NCBI RefSeq assembly: GCF_026210795.1 | Contig: NC_089431.1 | Coordinates: 2,976,001 to 3,040,000 of the forward strand | Direction: 5' to 3' | From: Rhizophagus irregularis | Taxonomy: Eukaryota | Length of the DNA stretch: 64,000 bases | Shown: piece by piece, positions 53,078 through 64,000 of the stretch | Layout of the letters: the number at the start of each line of letters is the position of its first letter | Position numbering within the stretch: the stretch's first letter is position 1 | Position numbers and translations under genes: made by a program | Notes under the pieces: generated by a model | What the model was told of the DNA's origin: nothing | Database searches by the model: none | The model's input: the letters and a program-made list of their open reading frames with translations, nothing else

Positions 53078-53644
53078 CCGTATACTGCATATTGTGGACT
53101 ATAGTACCTCCCATGTATAGTATCCCTTTTGAAAAATTTCATAGAATTGTATAATACCCAGAGGATATTTTACAATTATCTCGTGATCCAGTAATCAGAT
53201 TTGAGCCATCTTTTTTTTGTTTGATAACTCTCATTGAGCTCTTCAAATAAAAAAAAGATCACTCAAATTGGACCAGTAGATCATGAGATATTTGTAAAAA
53301 ACAGAATTTTTAAGTTTTGTTTAATACTCAGGGGTATAGGGTCAAACCTCTGATTTTTGCAAGATATCCAGGTACTGTAGTCTGCTATATACGGTATATA
53401 TTGCAATCTACAGTACTCTGAGTATCTTGCAAATTTTAAAGGTTTAGTTCTGTACTCCCTCTACTATTACATGAATTTTTACTATTAATAAAAGGTGTTT
53501 AAACTTATAAAATAATTAGGATATTGTTACACATCACACCTAAAATATTTGCTGGATTATTTAAATAATAAAATTAATGGAGAATATGACTTCTTTTTTA
53601 AGGGATACTATACATAAGAAAGTACTATAACCTGCAATATATGG
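53078..53644. mobile_element. Tail-to-tail dimer of Tc2/mariner-like MITEs (53078-53394 and about 53395-53644)
   Basis: TA|CCGTATA..TATACGG|TA for copy 1. Copy 2 starts with the reverse complement of the copy-1 right end and finishes with the reverse complement of its left end (AGGGATACTATACAT..GTACTATA..ATATGG|TA). Confidence 0.7.
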
Positions 53645-53845
53645 TAAATTAAAATTTTTAATTTAATAAACAATTCAATCAACTTTACTTTCAGTTAAAT
53701 TTAAATTAATTAATTAATTTATAATTTATATATTACAATATTTTTTATAAATATATTTTTCTTAAAATTGTATATAATTTTTTAAAAATAATGCATTAAA
53801 AAATATTTATATTTATTTATAAAGAATAAATAATTGTAAATTATA

Positions 53846-54276
53846 TGGTGGCTGTCACCTATAAACAACAATAGTCCGAAATTTTGAAATTTATTTATTT
53901 ATATTGTGTAACTTATGTTTTAAAGTACTTTGTTAAAATATTAATTGCCGCGTGAGCGGCAAAATTTTTTTTTTGCCATATTACATGGAATTCTTGTGGA
54001 TTTCCATGGAATTTTTGTAAAATCCATAAAAATTACATGAAAACTAGTCCGAAATTTTATATTTTTATTATTGCTACTTATTAAAATTATCCAACTTTAG
54101 CCCATAATATTAATTAAAATTCTTATTAAATTCTATAAAATAATCTGATAGAAATGTTCAGTACATGTTGCTATATCATTTTATCGGTTTAGTTTTTTCT
54201 TTTTACTATTCAATTTACAATTTATAAAAATTTGAAGTCACTTAATATTAGTGTGGTTTATAGGTGACAGCCACCA
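53846..54276. mobile_element. TA-flanked MITE (about 430 bp)
   Basis: Perfect TIR TGGTGGCTGTCACCTATAAAC and an internal direct repeat TAGTCCGAAATTTT x2. Confidence 0.85.
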
Positions 54277-56788
54277 TATAAATTTGAAATTGAATTAAAA
54301 AACTGTATTATAAAAAAATACAAGAATGCAAGTTTACTTTCATTATATAAAATCAATATAAAAAAGTGAATTCCAATATTGTAACTCACTTTTGTTATAT
54401 AGAATCAAATAGTTTTAAGTTAACAGGTCATTCAGATTATATTAATATTATAATCTGAATTAATGCTAAATTGTAATTACTAAACCTGAATTAAAAAACT
54501 CAGGTCAATCTATTAGGTTATCTGAATTTAGTCAACCTATTTAAAACTTTATAATTTTTTATATGTTTATAATAATAATAATATTGTTTATATTTAACTT
54601 TATTTATTTAAAAGTATTATTAAGAATTAAATTTATTTTAAAAGAATATATATAATAAACTAATATTACTAACAGCTATTTAATTAGTTGTAATAAGTAT
54701 TATAAAGTATAAAATATTATATTATTATTATATAATTATTAATCAAATAAATTTTACTACATTACATATTGGCTAATAAAAGAAGTCTCTAAAAGTTTGG
54801 GAAATATTTTTGTAATCAGTTAAGAGAGATTATCATAAAAATTATCAGCCAATAAATTAAACTACGCCTACTTCTGATGTTTATATTTACCACTTTACAT
54901 TTATTGTAATAATTGTATATATTCATGTCAATATTCTAGAAATTTATTTCACTTTCAACTATTTTTATTAAAAGAAGCAATGGTTAAGTACCCATTTGTT
55001 ATAAATAATATAAAAGATAAATAGCTTTGGATAATTATATGAAAACTATTAATGAAGCAAATAGTGAAAAATTAGGAATTTATTAGTTACTACTGAAAGC
55101 AACAGTAAAAATTAAAATAGCAATATTTTATGAAATAAAAAATAAATTAAAACAATATGCTAAATATATGAGTTCTTATAGAGTAAGAATTAAATACATA
55201 AAAAGTAAATTCTTTTGGATTTTTAATGGTCATATACATTAATATAATTAAAAATCTGGTAATTACAAGTGTATATTTCATGATGAAGAGGCTTATAATA
55301 TTTTAAGTTAGATTTTTAATAATACTAATTGAAAGGTAAAATATTTTAGTTATTTATAAAAAACATTTGTATTAATTTATGTACTATCTCAAGATAAAAA
55401 TGATCCCAATTTTCTTTAATATTCTGATGATATTAATATAATAATAAAAGCAGATCTACTTTAAGAATTTGATTCAAATTTACAAAAAAAAAAAACAAAA
55501 CAAAAGTCCATTCAAGTTACTGTAAAATGGAAAGAGAAAATTAGTTTAGATGTATAAAATATAGTAAATTCTATAGATTATATATTAATATCTTTTATAG
55601 TATCATAAAAAAGAGTAATTTAATGTACAATATTGTAGATGCACATAAATATATTATAATAAAATTATATTTCCTAGCATATTAGTAAATTAGTAAAATA
55701 TTTAAATTAAAAAATATATCTATATTTTTTTAATATAAATATTATATTATATTACCTCCATTAATTTCTAACTAATTTATTATATTCATAATTTTTTAGT
55801 TTTGGAAGATTGCATAAAATATCATTACAATAATAATAAAGAATTCTATTTTCATGTATATCATATTGTTTCCATCTTTTATTATAAATATCATTGTTAA
55901 ATGTAATATATATTATATAAAATACAAATTCAAATATTTTGATAGATCATAGTATTTGGGATAATGGATTAGGAGAAACAATAAATTAGATGTAATTTAC
56001 ATAATAATATATATAATAAAAGGAGGGTTAAATATGATTCTATATACTGTTGTGAAAAGAAGTTTAAATATATAAAAAAGGAAATGTTTTTTTAAGTTTT
56101 AGAGAATCAGATTATATAATATTAATAGTTTTATGAGAATAATTAAAGCCTAATTTCTCCAATTAGCCAATATGATTATTTTAATTTTAACCATTTTAAC
56201 CTATTTTTATCATTAGTATGTAATAGGTGAAAGATTAAAAAAAAAAATATAATTATACTTATCTTATATTATTCATTAATTTTAAATGCATTTTGTAAAC
56301 TCATATATGCTTTAAATAGAATCATTAATGAAACTTAATTATATTTGAATATTTTTTTAATATTTCTGAACCAATTTCAAATACTAAAATAGTTTCTAAG
56401 ATTATACTAGTATTTGGGCAAAAAAGGCTATTAAATTCATATATCCTTTACTGTAAATTCTAAAGAAAAGATCTTTAAAATGGATTTTATCTAATTAGCA
56501 ATAGTATTTACTGAAGCTAGTATATGTAGTTCTTTTATAATGAGAAAAGTGCATATCTTTATTTATATTATTAAAATAATTCAATTAAAATTTATCTGTA
56601 ATACTTAAAAAAAATATAATAAAAGTACCAGAATGGTAATTGTTTAGAATAGCTATTATGAGTTTTTTTAATGTAATAAATAGTAATATGATGTATCCCC
56701 TGCTATTAAATTTTATAATAAATGTATGCTTAACTTTTTTTTTAAAAAAAAAAGGAATAGGCATTAAAACAAAAGTATTTGAATTATA

Positions 56789-57005
56789 CTTGTAGCCGAA
56801 ACCTTTTCACGTGATTTTCAGCCACGTCTTTAAATCAAAATTAAGTTAAAAAATGATAAAAATTAATCTTTACATCCAGCCAAAACTATAATATAAAGTC
56901 TTTGAAGTTTCGGATGGATTTCTGGATAGTTTTTAACAATTTATTATAATTAAATTACTGAAAGTCCGAAACCCTGTCCAGCTTCATAGAGGTTTCAGCT
57001 ACATG
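56789..57005. mobile_element. TA-flanked MITE (217 bp)
   Basis: CTTGTAGCCGAAACCT versus the reverse complement of AGGTTTCAGCTACATG (14/16 match). Confidence 0.7.
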
Positions 57006-58658
57006 TATAATTTGAATTATATAAAATAATAGCCAAAAGAGGATAATTTACAAAATAATTTCTTATTATAATAAATTAAATAGTATAAAACTAATTTTAA
57101 CTTAGAGTGGTTTAATCTAGATGATTTAACCTACTAGTAAATTTTATATAATTATATAATTTTGCCCAAATTTTTTAAAAAAATTTATACATTCATTATA
57201 CTCTATAATATCCAAATAAATAAAATCTATATAAAGTGAAATGAATAATAACAAAAATAATTTTTTTTTTATAAAAAAAAAAAAGATTGATGTAAAATAT
57301 AAATTCTGGAAGGTGATTCACCCAGGTTATTTAACCCAGGGGCAAGTTAATTAAATAATAGTAATTTTAAATATTTAGTATTAATATTAATTAGAAAATG
57401 AAATTCCATTTAATATATTTATAATTATAAAAGTAATGTAAGGAACAATACAAATTTTTACAAATTTAAAATTAGTTTTTTTAATTGTACTTTTAAATAA
57501 TAAAAATATAATAATAAAGTTTTCGGCAGTTTTCAGTTATTTAATAATATTGTAAATAAAATAATAATAATGTTCGCATCTGCAGGAGGTTTTAACGGCT
57601 TAACCTTAATTACGTTTTTGTAATTACGCGAAACCTAACTAATAAATAAGATTCATGGGCATTAAAGAAAAATGTAAACTGAAATAATTCAAAATAATAA
57701 AAATTCTATTGGATAGTATTTTATATTAATATTATTTCAATACAATTTATTTTAAATTGATTTTTTAAAAATACATCTTGTATTCAACCGATATTTTTTT
57801 TAATTATAGATTTAATATATTTAGCAATTCTTTTAATTCTACTTATGTTTAAGGCAATTATCTATTAAAAGAGCATTAATATTTAACGGTTATACCCGTT
57901 TGGTATTATCAATTATCACATGATGCCAGAAAGAAATCAGCTAATATGCGGCGCATAAGGAGTTTTACCTCTCAGAGTTACCTGCTAGAATTAATTTATA
58001 CATAACTTTCGGTATCATGCTGATTAAATAAATTAGTTATTGCAAATAGTTTGTCGATATAAAATATTTGCTTAATCTTACAAAAGGATTTGTTTCAAGT
58101 TAAATATAATTTATCTTACAAAAGGATTTGTTTCAAGTTAAATATAATTTTTGTTCTCATTATCGAAAGTGGTAAATGATTCCATACCTCTACGTTATCT
58201 TTTTAATGATAATTCAGCTATTGATGCTTCATTTACATACATTTACATATAAAAAGTCCAATTGCAAATAAGAAATCACATCTTTGAATGGAGACGGTCA
58301 TATAATTCTAAGCCGTAAAAAATCACAACAGATCGAAAATATAGAATACTTATATTTAGTACGACCGCATGATTTCAAAATTCCAGAAATTACTAGCATG
58401 GTGAAATAAAAGATTTTGATTTGTCATAATGATTGCCAAGCTTTTAATGTTGACAAGATGATGAATATACAAATATGGCGAATAATAAATTTTTACTCAT
58501 CAGATATTCAGATTTACGATAAAATAAATGAATATGATAATCATTACCAAAGCGAAGATATGAAAATTAAAGCTTTTTGACACGAGTAATCTGCGTAGGT
58601 CAATCCCATAATTTTAAAATTTTATACAAGTAATTATAGAATGCTATGACTAATACTC

Positions 58659-58823
58659 ATACTTACCTGGCGCGGCATCTCTGTTATCAATGAAGGCAAA
58701 GATGCGGGTGGTGGCTGCTGGCATTGCACTGCGCCAGAGGCTATTGCTCCGAACACTCATAAAAGTGTCTCGAGCGCACAATTTATGATTGTTGGGTGAT
58801 CATGGTTCGCCGGGATTACCCTT
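58659..58823 (+). ncRNA. U1: U1 spliceosomal snRNA
   Basis: 5' ATACTTACCTGG, closing helix GCGC/GCGC, SL1 loop ATCAATGAAG, SL2 loop ATTGCAC (U1A site), Sm site AATTTATG (58780-58787) and SL4 GGGTGATC..TTCG..GATTACCC. Length about 165 nt. Confidence 0.97.
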
Positions 58824-59240
58824 AAATTCTATTTAAATAAGCGGGTTGGGTGATAAGTGATAAAAGGAAAGTGATGAAAAATAAAATAAATATCATAAAT
58901 ATATATATTTGTAAATAATGCAAATAAATTCATTGTTTGTACAAATTCTTTTTTGTGAAATTTCTCCTTGTGGCCCTTGTGGTCCTTTGTTAATTTAAAT
59001 ATAAATTCCATTGAAATTGAAATTATCCTTTAATTTTCTCATTCTTCGTTTTCATTAGTTTTACTATAAAGTAATATGAACTAATACAAGTCTTGATTCA
59101 CGTCATTTTTGTCACAATCTAACTCCTAGTCAATCAGGTGATAATCATTTTCATGTGTCATTATTTATTCATTCATTTTCAAAACTAGTTGCTTAAATAA
59201 AATTTTTCTCGTTTTTTAGTGAATTCACACGATCTTTCAA

Positions 59241-60363
59241 ATGACGAGCACTAATAATTTATGTAAAAGTAATTCTGAGAGCGGTCTATTCGAGGAAAAC
59301 TCTTGCGGGAGTTCAAGTTCTGTAGAATATGAAGGAATGAAGTATAGGTGGGAGCAATTTAGAAACACGACTGAAAGTAATGATAATTTTGCGGAAGAAT
59401 TTATAAACGAAGCAGAATCTGAAAAACCGTCTCAAGAACCTAATATTGAGAGTAATGATGATAACGTATCAGAAGATAAAATGTGTCGTATATGTTTTGC
59501 TGGAGCCGAAGAAGAAAGTAGTCTTGGTCGTCTAATTTCGCCGTGTCTATGTAAAGGAACTATGAGGGTAACTATAATGATAATTTTATTTTACACGTTT
59601 TTTTAAGTATTTATTTTAATGCATTGACTTATATTATATCAATTAAAAGTATGTTCATGTGGAATGTTTAAATCAATGGAGATTAAGAAGTCAAAAAAAA
59701 TCCAGTTTTTTTCAGTGTGATGAGTGTAAATACAAATATGCGTTCCGAAGAACAACAATAGCTAAATTTGCTACTAATGAATGTAAGTGAAAAAAGTTAC
59801 AAATTTATTTATTAATTCTTGAATGGGCAAATTCTCACTAATTAAATTTGTTATAAATACTATTATTTTGAATTGTCCAATAAGTTGTTCTTACACTTGT
59901 TACATTATCATTCTTTGTATTTTGTGTTTTCATGGGAGGTTTTCTTGCAAAATTTCTCCTTTATCTTTATCCTATCTCGGGCGATTTCGAAGATGATAAT
60001 GATATTGAAGAAGATGAAGAGCCATTATTTAAAGAACCTATAACAATAGCAACAATATTTACTATTGACTATCTTCATGTCACGTTAGGGTTTATGCTTG
60101 TGGGTATTATAGGATTTATACAATTATTATTTTCTATAATGTGGTTTGGTCCAATTCCTTCATGGAATACGTTTAGGTTCGGACCAACCGGAGGTAGTGT
60201 TGGAAGAGGACGAAATGATGGACTAGCGGGTATTTTTATAGGTGTTATTGTAGTAGTAGGCGTTCTTAAAGCTGTATGGGGAATGTATAAATTGGTTAGA
60301 GGAGCAAGTAGAAAATTATTGGAAAGAGTCGAATTAACAATTCTTGAAGTGAACGAATCGTAA
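59241..60363 (+). CDS. RING-CH (MARCH-type) membrane E3 ubiquitin ligase, 3 exons
   Basis: CRICF..LISPCLCKGTMR|YVHVECLNQW..CDECKYKY (C4HC3), followed by hydrophobic TM segments. Confidence 0.93.
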
Positions 60364-60663
60364 TTGCAATTTTAGCTATCTTTGCCTAAATTATGATCCT
60401 AAGTTATTTATTTATTTTTCATAAGTAAATTTCTTTATTTACACTTCAAAACAATAATAATTGCAATTTTTGTTAAGTAATTTGATAAATATTTTACTAC
60501 ATTCCTTTTTTTTGGAGAATCTAAAGAATAAATTTATTTTTAGTGATTAGAATAGTAGATAATCATGAGCATGTGATATTTGATCGCCGTATCACGAGCA
60601 TATCAATATAAAAAAAAAAAGCATTTTTTTAGCTTTTCATTTATTTTTTTTTTAAGTTTAAAA

Positions 60664-61386
60664 ATGGCAACCACAAATGATAAAGAAAACTTTGTTAATT
60701 CATTAATAATTAAATATGTAGATGCATTAGATATTGAAAGAGCATTTCAATTAGAATCTGAAGGTTTTAACATTATTCAAATATTATTTTTAATAAAATA
60801 ATGAATAAGGCCTTTTTTTTTCATAATTTAAAAATTTTAACATAGGATATCCACCGGAAGAAGCAGCAACGTTAGAAACATTAAAATATCGACAAAAAGT
60901 GGCACCTAAATTATTCTTAGGCGTATACCTTCCATCTTCTTCTTTATCACCCTCACCACAATTAATTGGTTACATTGTATCAACATCGACATTATCTGAA
61001 ACATTAACTCATGAATCAATGACTTTACATGAAAATGAAGGCAAAACTGTTTGTATACACTCTGTTTGTGTAGATAAACGTTATAGAAGATATGGTGTTG
61101 CTACTAAATTATTAAAAGAATATATAAGTTTATTAAAGAAATCTGATAACGAAGTAAAATATAAAAGATGTGCTTTATTAGCTCATGAATATTTAATACC
61201 CTTATATCAAAATGTTGGATTTAAATTAATCGGAGAAAGTGAAATTGTTCATGGTAAGAAAATAAAAATATATATTATATTTCTTTTCATGGAAAAAAAA
61301 TTGTTAAAAAAAATAATTACAATAATTTTTTTTATTATTATTATTAAGGACCTGAGAAATGGTTTGATTTAGTTATGGAATTTTAG
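60664..61386 (+). CDS. GNAT acetyltransferase, PAA1/arylalkylamine N-acetyltransferase-like, 3 exons
   Basis: LESE|GYPPEEAATLE, TVCIHSVCVDKRYRRYGVATKLL, LLAHEYLIPLYQNVGF and HG|PEKWFDL. Confidence 0.9.
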
Positions 61387-61451
61387 GAATTAATAATTAT
61401 TTCTAAGTATTAAATACTTTTGTTTAAAAAATAACATCTCTTTTGTTTTTT

Positions 61452-62361
61452 TTAATCTGTTTTTTGTCCCTCTTTTTCTCCGATTAAAGTTAACCAATTC
61501 ATGTATTCAATTTTAACAATATCTTTAACGGATGAATTATCCCTTATATAAAAATATCTAGCTAAACGAGACTCAATAATTATTTTAAATATGCCTAAAG
61601 GTCTAATTATTTTTTCTAATAAAATATACCAAAATATTGCAAAAGTTAAACCAAATATATTACCAACTATTACTTGTTTTGTTGTATGATAAATTAAATA
61701 TACCCTAAAATTGATGATAATTGATGATTTTTTTAAGTTCCCTGTTTGTGAAAAATTCAAGACAGAAAAAAAAATAAATTACCTTGAATATGAAACTAAA
61801 CATGAAAATATTATTAGTCCAAGAATTATTGGAAATTTCCGAGAATTATTATGGAAAGTAATTCTATCATATTGGTAATAATAAAAAAATTAAATGAATG
61901 AATAATTATCAAATCTTTTTATTTAAATCAACTTACTTGTAATACAAATAAATACTAGCAAAAGTAGCAAAATAAGAAATAAATTGAGCATGAGAAGATG
62001 GCATTCCATATCCTGAGCCAAGTTTATCTATATATACATATATTAATAAAGTATTTCTTTAAAAATCCATCATTTGTCTTTAATTATACATGCCATTAGG
62101 TCTTTTTTCCTTTATCCATTTTTTCAATCCAAAATTTAACATTTCACAAAATAATTGACCAAAAAACATATTAATCATCATCAATTCTCTTCTAGCAACA
62201 ATAATACTAACATAACTTATTAAAATAATTAAAGGTGATAAAGTTATATACGCATAAGTATATGAAAGTGGGTCTTTTGGATTAAATTCTACATGTGTTA
62301 ATGAAAGTGATGATAGTGATTGTTCTGACAATGGTTCTTCTAAATGATTATGATGCGACAT
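61452..62361 (-). CDS. DOLPP1: Dolichyl pyrophosphate phosphatase (PAP2 family; CAX4/CWH8/DOLPP1), 4 exons
   Basis: SLSLTHVEF, KKWIKEKRP (C1), GYGMPSSHAQF (C2) and YSR|VYLIYHTTKQV (C3). Confidence 0.93.
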
Positions 62362-62572
62362 ATTGACTCAAAAGATAAAGAAAGATTAAGGGAACAGAAT
62401 TTGGGCCTTTATATAAATTAATTTGTTGTTGTACAAGTAAATTCATTCACGTGCCAAACTAATCCGTTCATTTTATAAAGTTAATCTTCACGTGATTCAC
62501 TTAAAAAATAGCGTCCTTAATATTTATATATCTAAGAAAAAACGTATATATACATCCATCATTTTAATATCA

Positions 62573-64000
62573 TTATTCTTGACTAAATATCCTATAAGAC
62601 CTAATTGTCCTAGAATTATCATTGTCTATATCATCACCTAAATCCGTCGAGCTAAAACTTCTCTTCATACCTTTAACTCGATTTCCCCCAAATCTAACCG
62701 CTTCTAGCCTTCTCGATATATCTTCATCGGGTATAAGAGATAAACCCGATGCAGATACAGATACAAAAGATGAAGATTCATGAACTCCTATGTTATTAAT
62801 ATTATTTGTAGTATCAGCTTGAGAATTAGACATACTAGAAATTTCTCTGTTGTCTACATTATTGATATTTATCCCATCAACATTAAAAGGATTTAAATTA
62901 TGATAAACATTTTCATCGTATGTATAAATCATATGATTTCTTGTGTTAGAGTTACCACTATCATGTGTAGATACTCTAGAGCATGAAACTGGCATGTAAT
63001 TTTCATCAGCAGTTGAGTATGAACTCGTGTCTTCTGATGTACGAAATATTGGTGCAATTGGATATTCTCTTTCTTCACTATTGTCCGTATTTTGATCTAT
63101 TTGATTTGATGCATTTAACGCAGCCTCAATTTCCCTATGTGGTTGATTCCCATATTCCATATGAGACCCAGAAATTTTTCCTTCAATTTTGATATATCTC
63201 TCAATTTCTCCACATAAATAAAACGGTTGAGGTTGGTATACATCTTCTGTATCTAAATCACTAAAATGGGCATTAAATTTACATTTTAACGAATTAATGA
63301 GACATACCACTCTCTCAAAAGATTTTCGATTAATTCTGATATCTACTGGATTATTGATTTCATAACGATCATTTTTAAACCTTGGTATAGTTAACCATGA
63401 TTCAGATACAAATTCATCATCTGATGTAGTTAAATTAATGACTTTTAAATTTTCTGGTGCAAACAAGAATCTAATAGTATCATTCTTACAATTTCGAGGC
63501 CAACATTCTTTCAAATCTTCCGAATTAATTGACCAGTGATTTTCCTCTGATGAAGGATCTTCATTAAGTGGAATCAATACTTCGTTGATTTCAGATGTTT
63601 TATGAGATATATTATTACAAAAGATATTATGTTTTGATTGAATCGAACGCATTCTCCTATAAACTTCAAATATCACCAGGTCTTCTTCAGAAAGACTATC
63701 TGATTCTTCAATTATAATCCGTAATGAACTCACATCCACTGTTGTCCTAGAAAAAATATCTCGAATGCTTGTCGAAAATATAGTATACATTTTTGGACTT
63801 TCCATTTGAAAGCTGTCAAATAATTTGCGATATAAAGTAACCAAAATACTTAAAGCAGGGGTGTTTTTTGTTTTAATAACAAGTCTATCCCGGTGCACAA
63901 CAAAAGTTAACTCGCCATTGCATTTAGACAGTTCTTGCATCAGTTTATAGAAGATAGGCAGCTTATTTTCTGCAACTTTTGCAGAGAAGGTTTGAATAGG
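62573..64000 (-). CDS. Rad9/Ddc1-like 9-1-1 checkpoint clamp subunit (5' end runs off the window)
   Basis: The frame is open to the window edge (..TFSAKVAENKLPIFYKLMQELSKCNGELTF..LVIKTKN..LFDSF), which resembles the Rad9 N-terminus. About 270 aa of clamp-sized domain precede a long S/N/D-rich disordered tail. Similarity is by eye only. Confidence 0.55.
   Translation of the reverse strand, partial: PIQTFSAKVAENKLPIFYKLMQELSKCNGELTFVVHRDRLVIKTKNTPALSILVTLYRKLFDSFQMESPKMYTIFSTSIRDIFSRTTVDVSSLRIIIEESDSLSEEDLVIFEVYRRMRSIQSKHNIFCNNISHKTSEINEVLIPLNEDPSSEENHWSINSEDLKECWPRNCKNDTIRFLFAPENLKVINLTTSDDEFVSESWLTIPRFKNDRYEINNPVDIRINRKSFERVVCLINSLKCKFNAHFSDLDTEDVYQPQPFYLCGEIERYIKIEGKISGSHMEYGNQPHREIEAALNASNQIDQNTDNSEEREYPIAPIFRTSEDTSSYSTADENYMPVSCSRVSTHDSGNSNTRNHMIYTYDENVYHNLNPFNVDGININNVDNREISSMSNSQADTTNNINNIGVHESSSFVSVSASGLSLIPDEDISRRLEAVRFGGNRVKGMKRSFSSTDLGDDIDNDNSRTIRSYRIFSQE

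Noticed and set aside
54700..56700. Eroded coding-like sequence
   Set aside because: Looks like a heavily mutated TE or gene relic, but is too degenerate to assign by eye.
5838..62361. Minor (U12-type) introns
   Set aside because: No RTATCCTT donor among the introns traced; all are GT-AG except one GC-AG.

Overview
Very AT-rich eukaryotic DNA with short spliceosomal introns and fungal-type genes. It is most consistent with an arbuscular mycorrhizal (Glomeromycotina, Rhizophagus/Glomus-like) nuclear chromosome; this is inference, not a database result. Two gene-dense ends flank a TE-rich, gene-poor middle. The left end (2-12 kb) holds a GPI-type Ser/Thr/Pro protein, a KH-like protein, an Era GTPase, a RED/IK splicing factor and a cytochrome P450. 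The right end (58.6-64 kb) holds U1 snRNA, a RING-CH E3 ligase, a GNAT/PAA1-like acetyltransferase, a dolichyl-PP phosphatase with a GC-AG intron and a Rad9-like clamp subunit. The middle has two intronless arrestin-fold genes, a GPI-anchored chitin deacetylase and an Ecl1-like gene. Mobile DNA includes a full-length MULE-type element with TA flanks, inactivated by transition-type nonsense mutations plus a nested TTAA/Kolobok-type MITE. It also includes a very young 522-bp foldback element, many TA-flanked MITEs and RNase H-bearing LINE remnants. The most speculative lead is a structured intergenic island at about 40.0-40.1 kb carrying a telomerase-template-like CTAACCCTAA. No CRISPR, rRNA or tRNA was seen.
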